Positions 29,778 through 40,031 of a stretch of 64,000 bases of DNA are shown here, piece after piece. Every line of letters begins with the position of its first letter. The stretch's first letter is position 1. Both the position numbers and the translations under genes were made by a program. The notes beneath the pieces are model-generated. The model was not told where the DNA came from and searched no databases. It worked only from the letters and a program-made list of their open reading frames with translations. Source of the stretch: a virus. The stretch spans positions 64,001 through 128,000 of IMG/VR virus record IMGVR_UViG_3300023174_000064. One strand, given 5' to 3'.

Positions 29778-30875
29778 TTATGTATCGCATGTAAATAATT
29801 CGTTTGGAAACGTATAACCGCTATTTGGTAGTAATTGTGCAAAATCTGATAATTTTATTACACCAAAACTAACACCAACAGGATATTGTGAAATTTCTAC
29901 ATCCCAAGTTGGAAAAATATAAGTTGGAGCAGCCAAACCGGAGATACAACCAAAAGTATAACCTATACTTTGTTTGGAACCTAAAGTATAACCAGTATAA
30001 TTTTTTATTTTTGGTATTTCGTATACGGTTATTAGTGATTGTGCATTGTATTCATTATTAAATATATCCGATCTGTAATTAAATAAATCACGTAATCCTG
30101 CTGGATGCATGATTGGTCTGACAACGCCAGTGTACTCTTGATCACTTAAATTTGCACAATTAATAACGTAAGAGTATTCTTGCCATACATCACCGTCTCC
30201 CATAACCGACCAATTTAATCTGCTTCCTGACAATTGAACATAGCTGGAAGAAACTTCAGCAGAATAATTGCCTAAAGGATTTAAATTATCTTGCATCCAA
30301 TCAAAATTACCACCATTTAATCTAAAAAGGTATCTTTTAGGATAAGAAATAGAAATATTTTCTACTGGAATATTAAAAACTGTGTTTATTAACAGTTTAA
30401 TACTTTCCTCTGATCCTTTCTTTGAGTATATGTTAGATTTTATATTTTTTATTAAATCAATAAGTCCAGTTTCACTGATAATTCCATTAGTTATGGATTG
30501 TTCCGGAATAGCATTCACATAAGAATTTGCAACATTTGTTAATAAACTGGTTGGTATATTTTCTAAATTTGTTAAATCTTCTAGACTGAAAAAATTAATG
30601 CCTGTAATATCATTACATTCGCAAGACAACCATTTATAATATTGTTCCGTTAAAGATATTAAAACAGAATTTGAATTGTTATTAGATATTCTTAACCAAT
30701 ACGGAAATAAATTTGCAATGTTTTGCGGATAATGACAAGTAACTCCAGCAGTTTGTGTTTTTACAAAAAATGAAGAAAGATTAGTGGAAGACGCATCAAA
30801 TTCACCACCACTCAAACCTAAAGTTGTTGGGTTTGTATTTAATTCGTAATTATTATTTTTAAAAATTAAAATCAT
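29778..30875 (-). CDS. Baseplate wedge protein (gp7-like, short)
   Basis: IKNIKSNIYSKKGSEESIKLL, WQEYSYVI, HPAG. Confidence 0.7.
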   Translation of the reverse strand: MILIFKNNNYELNTNPTTLGLSGGEFDASSTNLSSFFVKTQTAGVTCHYPQNIANLFPYWLRISNNNSNSVLISLTEQYYKWLSCECNDITGINFFSLEDLTNLENIPTSLLTNVANSYVNAIPEQSITNGIISETGLIDLIKNIKSNIYSKKGSEESIKLLINTVFNIPVENISISYPKRYLFRLNGGNFDWMQDNLNPLGNYSAEVSSSYVQLSGSRLNWSVMGDGDVWQEYSYVINCANLSDQEYTGVVRPIMHPAGLRDLFNYRSDIFNNEYNAQSLITVYEIPKIKNYTGYTLGSKQSIGYTFGCISGLAAPTYIFPTWDVEISQYPVGVSFGVIKLSDFAQLLPNSGYTFPNELFTCDT

Positions 30876-30879
30876 TTAA

Positions 30880-32601
30880 TTATGTGGATTGTGTTATATT
30901 TGTATTAAATGATGCAGTCAATAAAAATTCATCCTTTATTACGGTAGAGTCTGGATATCGTGGATATGCTGTCATGTCTATAGATTTATTTTTTGCTAAC
31001 ACGTTTTCGCTTATTACAGCATATCCATCAGAATAATTTACATACCCTAAATAACCAAAACCACCAATTAAAGATGAATTTGCATCCACAGAAACAAGTT
31101 TTCCTTCTGTTGCTGTTCCGGTAGAATCAAATGTAATAGGTGTATCTGCCAAATAAATTGTTTGACTGCTATACGATAATCCTGTTGTTTTTATTGCATT
31201 TCCGTATGCTGCTGTGCTTCCAGGTCTTAATTGATTTTTAAAGTTTACTAATTTTTGGCCATCGGAACCACATACTCCTAAAACAAAATTTAAAGAATTT
31301 ATTCCTATACTTTTTATATTTGTAAAATTTGCGTCCGCCACAGTTTTCATATCTGCCACTCTAATATTATTATTAAATATTCTAGGACTATTATAATAAT
31401 TTTGTAATATACCAGCCAAACCAGTCACCGATGTTGAATTAGTTGTTACTACATCTAACGTAATGTTAGCTGTTATTGGTTGTGCCTGAACATATTCAGG
31501 TAAAGTTCCTATTATTGATTTTGCCTTTAAGAATGCTATAGAATTTTTAACTTGTAAAGATCCTGCAGTAATTCCTGTGTTTGCAAAAGAAACAAATATT
31601 CTACCATATGCTGGAGGTGTTGCCGTATCTCCTCCCCATATATTTAATTGTTCTTTTTGGGTTATAGACGAAGGTAGTAAATTTGAAGATAACAAAAAGC
31701 TGTAATAATCTTCTTGTGTTACTGCTCTTTGATTAGCTGCAAACGATTTGGGAGCAGAATAACGAATTGCGTCTAGATTGGGAGAATCTGTTCCACCAGA
31801 AGTAGAAGTAGAACTTTTTATTGTTATACTTGCATTTTTTATAGAAGTAATACTGTTTGCTGCAGTTCCAGAAGAAACCAAATAAGAAACCTGAACAATG
31901 TCGGATTCGTTTATTGTCTTTCCTTCAGAAGTTGAATAACTACTCGCATTTGTTTTTCCAAATACTAGTTGAAATCCATCTACAATTCTTTCAACATAGA
32001 ATATTTCACTATCAGAATTTGGTATTTGTGAACCATCATATCGGGTCCATAGTGTTCCGTTAACTTTAACACTAACAGTAACTGGATCTATAGTTCCTAA
32101 GAAAGCAGTTTGTTTATTTAAATCTACGGATATTGTTAAATCCTTAACAACGCTGTTTGCTTCGTATACTGTAAATTCAGTATTTGTTGATACATTTACA
32201 TCACTTATTGTATAAAATTTATAGGTAGAACCAGAAATATTATTTCCAGTAAATGTTGTAGAATATCTTAATACTTTAAATGGGCTTGATGGATTCAAAG
32301 AATCTGCTATAATTTGTGATGTTGCACAACTTTTGCTAGGAACAGATACGCCTAACATATTGGCAAGGCGAACCACATTATTTTCTATTTGAGCAGTATC
32401 TAAAAATGTTTCATTTGCTATCATATTTGTATAATAGCCGTAGAACATGGTGTTATACGCAAGAACATCTAATAAAAGATTTAAAGTACTTCCACTAAAA
32501 TCATATCCAGAAAATTCTGGTTTAGAACTAAGGTATGATTTTAATGATGCTTTTACTCCATCAAAATCTAAAGACGAAATGTTTATTGGTGTGTTTGCCA
32601 T
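30880..32601 (-). CDS. gp6: Baseplate wedge subunit
   Basis: LDFDGVK, YDFSGS.L..LLDVLAYNT, ETFLDTA, QRAVTQEDY. Confidence 0.94.
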   Translation of the reverse strand: MANTPINISSLDFDGVKASLKSYLSSKPEFSGYDFSGSTLNLLLDVLAYNTMFYGYYTNMIANETFLDTAQIENNVVRLANMLGVSVPSKSCATSQIIADSLNPSSPFKVLRYSTTFTGNNISGSTYKFYTISDVNVSTNTEFTVYEANSVVKDLTISVDLNKQTAFLGTIDPVTVSVKVNGTLWTRYDGSQIPNSDSEIFYVERIVDGFQLVFGKTNASSYSTSEGKTINESDIVQVSYLVSSGTAANSITSIKNASITIKSSTSTSGGTDSPNLDAIRYSAPKSFAANQRAVTQEDYYSFLLSSNLLPSSITQKEQLNIWGGDTATPPAYGRIFVSFANTGITAGSLQVKNSIAFLKAKSIIGTLPEYVQAQPITANITLDVVTTNSTSVTGLAGILQNYYNSPRIFNNNIRVADMKTVADANFTNIKSIGINSLNFVLGVCGSDGQKLVNFKNQLRPGSTAAYGNAIKTTGLSYSSQTIYLADTPITFDSTGTATEGKLVSVDANSSLIGGFGYLGYVNYSDGYAVISENVLAKNKSIDMTAYPRYPDSTVIKDEFLLTASFNTNITQST

Positions 32602-32607
32602 TTGAAA

Positions 32608-32979
32608 TTATGTTTGTATTGTTACTGTTTTTGATATATTTTTATCGTACACTGGAGTAAAGGCTATATCTATTATCCAGCTATTAAATCCGGTATTTTT
32701 AATATCTATATTTTGAATAATAGCTCTAGGTTCCTGTAACTGCAATTCACCAAATATTAACATTTTTGCATCATCTAATTGAAACGGCAATAAAGAACTA
32801 AAATCTAACAAATTTGCATTAGTACCAAATTTTAAATTAAATAATTTTTCATTTTTATTTGTTAATATAATAGTTTTTATCGATTGTGATATAGCATTCA
32901 AATCATATTTTACTCCAATATCATCAGATATGACGTTTTTTGTTAAATTAGAATCGATATCAAAGTAAATTTTTTTCAT
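32608..32979 (-). CDS. gp25: Baseplate wedge subunit
   Basis: AISQSIKTIILT...EKLF...FG, EPRA. Confidence 0.88.
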   Translation of the reverse strand: MKKIYFDIDSNLTKNVISDDIGVKYDLNAISQSIKTIILTNKNEKLFNLKFGTNANLLDFSSLLPFQLDDAKMLIFGELQLQEPRAIIQNIDIKNTGFNSWIIDIAFTPVYDKNISKTVTIQT

Positions 32980-32990
32980 GATTGTTATCT

Positions 32991-34001
32991 TTATTTATCT
33001 GTTTTATCAATAAAAATTTCACTAGTTCTGTTTGGATCTACGGTTGGATAATCTCTCATCAGATAAAGATACATTGAGTGCTTTCCTGGTTTAATTATTC
33101 TTTCTGCTTTATAAACCATCCAGTAACCATCTAATCTAGATCTTAGCACATCTGCGTTTCTATTGTCTGTAGGTCTACTGATATAAACTAAAGAACCTGG
33201 TTTTACAGTAAAATCACCATTTACTAAAATTTTAATTCTTAGGTATCTTAATAAAGCAACCTGTGCTTTTCTATACAAAGGAGTATGCTCGGGAGTATTC
33301 CAAAAAGTAGCATTAGTTTTAGAGTACTCTAAATAGTACGGAAAATTTGAACCAATTAAAGTTGGATAAATTGCTTGATTTGCTGCAGACTTATCTTCGA
33401 TATTATCCAATACGCTATTGGTGTCTTTTACATCCCATGCACTATTTTCAGAATCATCAGTACTAAATGTCTTTCTAATAGCATAAGGAAAATACCCTCC
33501 ACCAATCGATGATCCTAATCCTTCTTTTTGTGATAAATCTTTTGTTGTTTGTAATGGTCCCGGTTCACCAATTTCAAATAAAGAATCTTGCCACTGAAAT
33601 CTTCCATATTCTTTGGATCCCATACAATTGTATGTACTGTCTTTATTTGAATAGTCAATACCACCCCATTTTACATATTCTGCCGACTTAAATCCATTTT
33701 TAACACCAAATTCTCTTCTTATAAAATAACATTCTTGAGATTGGTTTCTGGCTCTTTCCAGTTCTGATATTGAGGGTTCAGGATCTGCCGGTCTCAATTC
33801 AATTAGTGCATTAGGGCAGTTGCAGTCTGGGTATTCTTTTGGGCAATTTAAATTGCTAACAGGACCCCATATACTGATACAGTCCATATCACTACTCATG
33901 TTACTGGTTGTATTAAACTTTGAAGGAAATACCGTTAAAGAATCGCTATTTAAACGATCTTCATACGAAATATTCAAAGCTGTGATATGGTTATTTAACA
34001 T
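32991..34001 (-). CDS. Putative baseplate hub protein, C-terminal part
   Basis: IKILVNGDFTVKPGSLV...LDGYWMV resembles the C-terminus of gp27/GPD-like hubs. Confidence 0.55.
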   Translation of the reverse strand: MLNNHITALNISYEDRLNSDSLTVFPSKFNTTSNMSSDMDCISIWGPVSNLNCPKEYPDCNCPNALIELRPADPEPSISELERARNQSQECYFIRREFGVKNGFKSAEYVKWGGIDYSNKDSTYNCMGSKEYGRFQWQDSLFEIGEPGPLQTTKDLSQKEGLGSSIGGGYFPYAIRKTFSTDDSENSAWDVKDTNSVLDNIEDKSAANQAIYPTLIGSNFPYYLEYSKTNATFWNTPEHTPLYRKAQVALLRYLRIKILVNGDFTVKPGSLVYISRPTDNRNADVLRSRLDGYWMVYKAERIIKPGKHSMYLYLMRDYPTVDPNRTSEIFIDKTDK

Positions 34002-34023
34002 TTTTAAATATTTATCTTATTTT

Positions 34024-36405
34024 TTAACCACCAGTACAATCAGCGCAGAATCCATCATGTGCATTTTCTGTATCAAACAAGAACAAATAATCTCTTTCTA
34101 CTCTGTACGGTTCGTCAACATCATCTTTTGTTTGTGCCACAAATCCCGTAGACGCCATATCATTTACACCAGGTAAAATTATACTTTGAATGGTTTCTTT
34201 AGGTATAGCAGACATTTGGACTACTCTTCCAGCATAGTAAAATCCTTTTTCATTTCCATCTGGTGTTTTGCCATCGTGTAAGAAATCTGGGCAATTAGCA
34301 GAAATAACCCGAAATTTACCTACAGGTAACATTTGTGATTTTTTTGGATAAGCAGTTTTTTCAGCATCATAATCTCCTAATATTGTTGATATTCCAGGAT
34401 TCATTATCACACTTTTAATAGATCCGTCTGTTTCAAATGCATCGGGAATTCTTGAATTTAAAATTTCATTCAAATTATAAGCTCTATTGTCTTTTGTGTT
34501 TATTGTTACTTCTTTTATTTCATTTCCAGATGCAGTATCTGTTGTTCCGGTTTGTTTGATTACGTTTATTTTTTTCTCTTCTGATATTTTACCTTGCAGG
34601 GCCCATGGTGACTGTACAAATATAAATGGAAAATCTGATGAATCTGCTCCTTCTGTTTCAAATTCAATAATTTGTTTTCCTGCATCTAACATTTTAGTTA
34701 TTTTGTTGATTCCGCCCTCTCCCTTTTCTTGAGGCCATAATTCAACTTCCACCCAAGAATATGCCCATATTCCAGAAGAATCCTCTTTAGGAAATGCAGT
34801 AGAACCAGTAGAACCATAAATTTTTTCTGCACCCGTTATTATTGCAAAAAAATTACTAGGAACAGGACGTTCACAACACATTTTTTTTCTGTAAACATCC
34901 CAAATAGTTTTTTTATTTTTTAAATTGATGTATTCTTCACCGTAAATTTTTGCGCTATTTTTAATATCATTTACTACAGACAATATAGAACCTGGTAATT
35001 CACAAAAATCAAATTGTGATTGCCAATATTCTTTTTCTGTTGTGTGATTAAATGATTTTATTTGCCAAGATGAAATTTGTTTTGCATTATATGGAGCAGA
35101 ATAAAAACCAAAAACATTATCGGTTAGAGCATTAAATGTGTAATTATTAAAAGCTAATAATTTATCACCAGTATATCCATGTGGTGTTTCTGTTCCATAA
35201 CCACCAATGCTAGTAGGATCTATAATAATTTCATTATTTTCGTTTGTTGTGTATCGTGGTATTCCTGTTGCGTCTTGAATAAAATCTATTCTGTCAACAA
35301 ATATACTAGTTTTATCATCTGCTTTCTTTCCAGAAATATCATACCATTTTCTAAAATCTAAAGTATAATTATAATTTATAGTTTTAACAGTAAAACTTTT
35401 CATAACATCAACAAATCCTCTATAAGGATCTTTCCAAGCTGGTTTTACTCTATCATAAGTAGAAAATGCTGCACCACTATCTAAAATATAATTAGTATCA
35501 ATATCATTTATAATTTCCATAGAAAATAAAGCGTCTTCTGCAAATTCATTTAAATGCGGTCGATATGTTTTTATATTTTCTGAATTAGGATCCATCAAAT
35601 CTTCTTGTGCATCCTCCATCAGTCCTTCTATGCATTTAAAATTCCATTTATCAAGATCTTCCCAAAAGAAAAAATTTGCAGCATTTTTATTTTTTTTATA
35701 ACAAGCATACTCACAAATATAATTCATTAGCTGTGAAATTCTTAAATTATTTGCATCTTTTAAATACGGATAAAATGTAAACGCATTTTTTATCCATATA
35801 TCATTAAAAGTCTCGTGAGCTTCTAGAGGTTTTTTTGTTTTATTACTAGCTTGGCTCATAATAAATTGAACAAATCCTCTTTCCTTATCTAATATCTCTG
35901 TTGGTACATTTATATCTTCTAAATATTCATTTAATACAGGATCAACAGTAGATTCTGATCCTTCTACTTTTGATATTTTTCCTATAAAATCATCAACTAT
36001 TATTTGAAAATTTTTCCAAAGAAATTCATCGGAAACAAAACTTATTGTTGTTTTTATAGGAGAACCAGAAGGTCCGTGTATAGTTTTTTGAGCAAGATTG
36101 CTTTGTGTTTTTATTTCTGATATTTTAAAATCATGTACTTTTCCATCAAGTATTAAACGGATCCAAGAAGAATCACTACTAAGATTCCACTGATCCAATA
36201 TATTGGAAGAGTCCACAAAAGACAAATATCCAAATACTGTTGGAGAAAACATGTCTTCGTTTATTATAATTTCTTCCAGTGAGAAATATTCTCCTCCTTC
36301 ATCGTTTCTTGGATATAACTCAAAAGGAGATAAAGTTCCTTGTGTTTCTTTATAGAGATATACTCTTATTGCTACGTTTGGAGAAAGTACTGCCATATAA
36401 TTCAC
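34024..36405 (-). CDS. Putative baseplate hub protein, N-terminal part
   Basis: IIINEDMFSPTVFGYLSFVDS and FFFWEDLDKWNFKCIE hub-like motifs; follows gp53. Confidence 0.55.
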   Translation of the reverse strand: MNYMAVLSPNVAIRVYLYKETQGTLSPFELYPRNDEGGEYFSLEEIIINEDMFSPTVFGYLSFVDSSNILDQWNLSSDSSWIRLILDGKVHDFKISEIKTQSNLAQKTIHGPSGSPIKTTISFVSDEFLWKNFQIIVDDFIGKISKVEGSESTVDPVLNEYLEDINVPTEILDKERGFVQFIMSQASNKTKKPLEAHETFNDIWIKNAFTFYPYLKDANNLRISQLMNYICEYACYKKNKNAANFFFWEDLDKWNFKCIEGLMEDAQEDLMDPNSENIKTYRPHLNEFAEDALFSMEIINDIDTNYILDSGAAFSTYDRVKPAWKDPYRGFVDVMKSFTVKTINYNYTLDFRKWYDISGKKADDKTSIFVDRIDFIQDATGIPRYTTNENNEIIIDPTSIGGYGTETPHGYTGDKLLAFNNYTFNALTDNVFGFYSAPYNAKQISSWQIKSFNHTTEKEYWQSQFDFCELPGSILSVVNDIKNSAKIYGEEYINLKNKKTIWDVYRKKMCCERPVPSNFFAIITGAEKIYGSTGSTAFPKEDSSGIWAYSWVEVELWPQEKGEGGINKITKMLDAGKQIIEFETEGADSSDFPFIFVQSPWALQGKISEEKKINVIKQTGTTDTASGNEIKEVTINTKDNRAYNLNEILNSRIPDAFETDGSIKSVIMNPGISTILGDYDAEKTAYPKKSQMLPVGKFRVISANCPDFLHDGKTPDGNEKGFYYAGRVVQMSAIPKETIQSIILPGVNDMASTGFVAQTKDDVDEPYRVERDYLFLFDTENAHDGFCADCTGG

Positions 36406-38246
36406 TTAATATTAATTTTTATCTCACTTTTTGTTTTTAAGTCTACACTTAATTGATTTTTTATAGTTTGGATGTTTGTTTCTGATATTGTGTTTAATTG
36501 CAATTGATCGTATGTTTTTTGTTCAACTGCATCTTTTTTTACCGTAATAAATTCATTATTTTCTGCGTCTTTATATCCTGTCAAATAAACATCTTTCCAA
36601 TTATTACCAACAGACGGTTGTAATTCGTTTCCACCTTGTATTATTTTAGTGGTGGAATCCAAATGTCTTTGTACAGAAAGTAATTGATGCTGAATAATAT
36701 AACTTTCATAAACATCACCATTACTGTCATGGTCTCTTATAGAAACTGAAATAGAAGCAGGATCAGTATTTGCCGTATTGCCATTCAATAATTCTGGTAT
36801 TACGTCTGGATACACATAAGATTTTACCACTATTCTCTTAAAATCAGTATCAACCGAATCAATTACTCCAGAATATTTTTTATTTGTGCCTGTTTCTTTC
36901 GCAATAATGTGCTCATCGCCTGAATTTATTTCAGAGAAAGTTCCAGGTAATGCAGACGGTATAACCTTTTGTAAAGATATTGGTGGAGAAAAATTATTAT
37001 ACATTGTTGCAATTTTACCCCATATCACCATTTTTCCTTCTGTTGTGAGAGCTGCAGAATGATATCTACCAGCAGAAATTTTGGAATATACTCCGGATGG
37101 AATGTCTAACTGTCCATCTAACGTGTTGCCACCACCGTAAATTGTTCCGTTATCCTTTAATGCCAAAAAATGATTGTATCCTAAAGCAACCGCAGTAATT
37201 CCCGTGATGCCTTGATTAAAACCTATGAATAAATTATTTTTATTGGGTCCCCATCCAGTTACGCCATAATTGCTTTTTGTATTTATACCGATACAATCAG
37301 TTCTGTTACAATCAGCATCAAACAAAGAAATACCAGAAGGAGTAGAAGCAAATCCGTAATAAGTAGGATTGCCATTTTGCTTTAAAGCAACACCACTAGT
37401 AAGTCCTTCGGTCCAAGAAGTTTTTACGTAACCAGTATCTCCACCATATAACGAAATAAATGTGGTACACGAACCAAAACAAGTAATACCACCATCAGAT
37501 TTTATTGCTAATATACCGGAATTTGTAGAATTTATATAAGAACAACCAGGTAAATTTTTAAAAAAATAATTTCCACCGTACATATCACTGGTACCGCTAC
37601 TAAACGGGAAAGGATTCCCACCCCAATAATAAATATTATTGTTATCAGTTAAAACTGCACTGTTAAATGAACCACAAGAAATTTGTTTTATTCCAGTAAC
37701 TCCATTTATAACAGGAATCACGCATTGTCTATGGTGTGGTTGACCGGAGACAGAATCTATTGGTATTTGACCGGCTCCCAAAGCTCTCAAACTATAATTT
37801 CCATTACCAATTTCAAAAATAATTAATTGGCCACGTTTTAATCGTTCCATGTCTCGGTTTATGTCGGTTCCACTATAAGGATTATATTTACCATCAATGT
37901 AAGTGGGAGTGTTAAATGTTGGATTGTATTTTGATACGTTTCCAAATTGATAAACCAATCCAGGATAGGTATTTTGTAGTTCTGTGTCTGTTTTTGGATC
38001 TGTTTCTGGATCTGTAATTAACCATTCTTGTAATGGATTTCGTATATTATTTGTTAAAAATAATACCCAGTAGTGATCTGGTGTTTGATATATTCTATTA
38101 GAAAATTGATCTGGTCGCTCATCATCTATTCGGGTTTGTTCGGGAGTAGTGTTTGGTATAGTTATTTCTACATTTTTAAAAATGTTTAAAGCAGTGAAAG
38201 TTCCTCCACTAAATCCGTAATTGATTTTAGAAAAATACTGTAACAT
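36402..38246 (-). CDS. gp53: Baseplate wedge gp53 fused to RCC1-like repeats
   Basis: QYFSKI...ERPDQFSNRIY...YWVLFLTNNI.NP..EW, then ISCGSFNSAVL, VALGYNHFLALK, ISAGRYHSAAL repeats. Confidence 0.85.
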   Translation of the reverse strand: MLQYFSKINYGFSGGTFTALNIFKNVEITIPNTTPEQTRIDDERPDQFSNRIYQTPDHYWVLFLTNNIRNPLQEWLITDPETDPKTDTELQNTYPGLVYQFGNVSKYNPTFNTPTYIDGKYNPYSGTDINRDMERLKRGQLIIFEIGNGNYSLRALGAGQIPIDSVSGQPHHRQCVIPVINGVTGIKQISCGSFNSAVLTDNNNIYYWGGNPFPFSSGTSDMYGGNYFFKNLPGCSYINSTNSGILAIKSDGGITCFGSCTTFISLYGGDTGYVKTSWTEGLTSGVALKQNGNPTYYGFASTPSGISLFDADCNRTDCIGINTKSNYGVTGWGPNKNNLFIGFNQGITGITAVALGYNHFLALKDNGTIYGGGNTLDGQLDIPSGVYSKISAGRYHSAALTTEGKMVIWGKIATMYNNFSPPISLQKVIPSALPGTFSEINSGDEHIIAKETGTNKKYSGVIDSVDTDFKRIVVKSYVYPDVIPELLNGNTANTDPASISVSIRDHDSNGDVYESYIIQHQLLSVQRHLDSTTKIIQGGNELQPSVGNNWKDVYLTGYKDAENNEFITVKKDAVEQKTYDQLQLNTISETNIQTIKNQLSVDLKTKSEIKINIK

Positions 38247-38252
38247 TTGTTT

Positions 38253-38984
38253 TTATAGAAAATTAAATCGTTCGGATCTGCTCAATAAACCTAGTGTACC
38301 ATCGCCCAATTGCATTGCTGGTTCTAATTCTATGAATTGTAATTTTATATTAATTGCCAGCGGTTTGTAATCTGTAGTCATAAATGGCGTATTAGAAATG
38401 GGAGAATGGTTGATGTCTACACTTTCTAGTACAGAAACTAAAGGATTTCCATCCCAATACCATTTAACCGGACTTATATTGGTACCACTGGCATAAAAAT
38501 ACCAAAGAGGAGGATGTGTCATATTTAAAATAGACTCAGTAAATGTTCCAGGATACATGTAAGTTTGAAAGGCCAGACCTATTTTACTGATTGCTTCTGC
38601 ATGAGCTGCTGTTTTTGCCACCAAATTCATATCAAAAACATGCGTTCTTCTTGCTCCAGGAGTTAAAACGGTCTCTACGTGATCATAAGAAAAGATTCCA
38701 AGACCTTCCGCAAACGCATTATCCGTTTCGCTTTCTTTTAAATCGTATTCGGTTTTATCAAATAAACCTTCACTATCTCCGTATTTACCGGTCATGTATC
38801 TTTGAGAATTCCTTGTAGAAAACCTAAAGGGATATGGAACAGAGATAGAAACTGCCGCATTGCTCAGTACGTGACCTCTGGTACGTTCTGCAACAAAACT
38901 ACTGTATCTAGCAGCTTTAAATGTCATCCAAACCGGTATTTCAGAAGCAGCTGAATCGTTTGGAAAATAATATTCTATAGCCAT
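38253..38984 (-). CDS. gp48: Baseplate tail-tube cap
   Basis: RTHVFDMNLVAKT..EA..I, VLESVDINHSP, LQFIELE. Confidence 0.75.
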   Translation of the reverse strand: MAIEYYFPNDSAASEIPVWMTFKAARYSSFVAERTRGHVLSNAAVSISVPYPFRFSTRNSQRYMTGKYGDSEGLFDKTEYDLKESETDNAFAEGLGIFSYDHVETVLTPGARRTHVFDMNLVAKTAAHAEAISKIGLAFQTYMYPGTFTESILNMTHPPLWYFYASGTNISPVKWYWDGNPLVSVLESVDINHSPISNTPFMTTDYKPLAINIKLQFIELEPAMQLGDGTLGLLSRSERFNFL

Positions 38985-38985
38985 T

Positions 38986-38993
38986 TATAAATA
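38986..38993 (+). promoter_or_regulatory. Late promoter TATAAATA (gp4 operon)
   Basis: Exact octamer. Confidence 0.75.
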
Positions 38994-39006
38994 TATATTG
39001 AAAATT

Positions 39007-39480
39007 ATGGCGTATAAAACTAAATACCAACCCAAAAATCCAAATAAATATGTTGGCAACCCATCCAACATTATTTGTAGATCTAATTGGGAACGAAAAT
39101 TTTGTAAATACTTGGACGAAAATCAAAATATACTAACCTGGTCCAGTGAAGAGTTAAAAATACCATATTTATCCACAATAGACAAACAAATACACAATTA
39201 TTATCCTGATTTTGTATTTGAAGCAAAAATCAACCAAGCTGAGATAGAAACCTTTATTGTAGAAATAAAACCAAAAAAACAAACAATAGAACCTACTCCT
39301 AAAAAAAATAAAAGAGCGTATTTAAATGAATGTATAACTTATGAAACTAATAGATGTAAATGGACGGCTGCTGCTTTATTTTGTGAAGATAAAAAATGGA
39401 AATTTAAAATATTAACCGAAGATGATTTGTTCAAAACTAATACCAAAAAGGAATCACCCATAAATGTCTTCAAAATTTAA
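39007..39480 (+). CDS. gp4: Head completion nuclease
   Basis: PKNPNKYVG, RSNWERKF, WSSEE, YYPDF, VEIKP, ILTE. Confidence 0.94.
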   Translation: MAYKTKYQPKNPNKYVGNPSNIICRSNWERKFCKYLDENQNILTWSSEELKIPYLSTIDKQIHNYYPDFVFEAKINQAEIETFIVEIKPKKQTIEPTPKKNKRAYLNECITYETNRCKWTAAALFCEDKKWKFKILTEDDLFKTNTKKESPINVFKI

Positions 39481-40012
39481 TTCAGTTAACGATCTAATTT
39501 ATACCTTTGAAAGGATGCAAGGATTTCAAAGAGGTAATCGTTTTGAAATCTCAATTACACCTCCTATAGGATTACTTTCTCCAAAAACTCCATTTTTTGC
39601 TTCCAGTATACAAATACCAACACACGTTACACAGTTTTATAGAGATACTATGGCTCCTTCTGCTGGTACCATAAGTGTTCCTATAAAACGTCAATACGAT
39701 GAATTATTTAAAATAGATTTTATAGTTGATTCTAATTGGGAAGTTAGAAAGTTTTTTGAAGACTGGACAGATTTAATATTTCCAAGAAATTATATAACTG
39801 GAAAAAATGCACTCATGGTAAATTATTGGAATGATATATGTGGAACATTTAACATATTGGCATTAGATGAAAATGCTAATACAATGAGAACCATTACTCT
39901 AAATCAAGCATGGCCATCCACCATTCTTCCCAGCGGATTCAATAACGATATGCCAAACAATTACTTAGTTCTATCAGTTGATATAGACTATCGAAATTAC
40001 ACAATTTCATAA
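39464..40012 (+). CDS. Tail tube initiator (gp54/gp19-like)
   Basis: RGNRFEI, VRKFFEDW, AWP tube-fold motifs. Confidence 0.7.
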   Translation: MSSKFNSVNDLIYTFERMQGFQRGNRFEISITPPIGLLSPKTPFFASSIQIPTHVTQFYRDTMAPSAGTISVPIKRQYDELFKIDFIVDSNWEVRKFFEDWTDLIFPRNYITGKNALMVNYWNDICGTFNILALDENANTMRTITLNQAWPSTILPSGFNNDMPNNYLVLSVDIDYRNYTIS

Positions 40013-40017
40013 ACCCA

Positions 40018-40025
40018 TATAAATA
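40018..40025 (+). promoter_or_regulatory. Late promoter TATAAATA (gp26)
   Basis: Exact octamer 6 nt before the ATG. Confidence 0.75.
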
Positions 40026-40031
40026 TTTAAA

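Noticed and set aside
39007-39480. TnsA transposase / mobile element
   Set aside because: The fold is shared, but sequence and synteny identify T4 gp4
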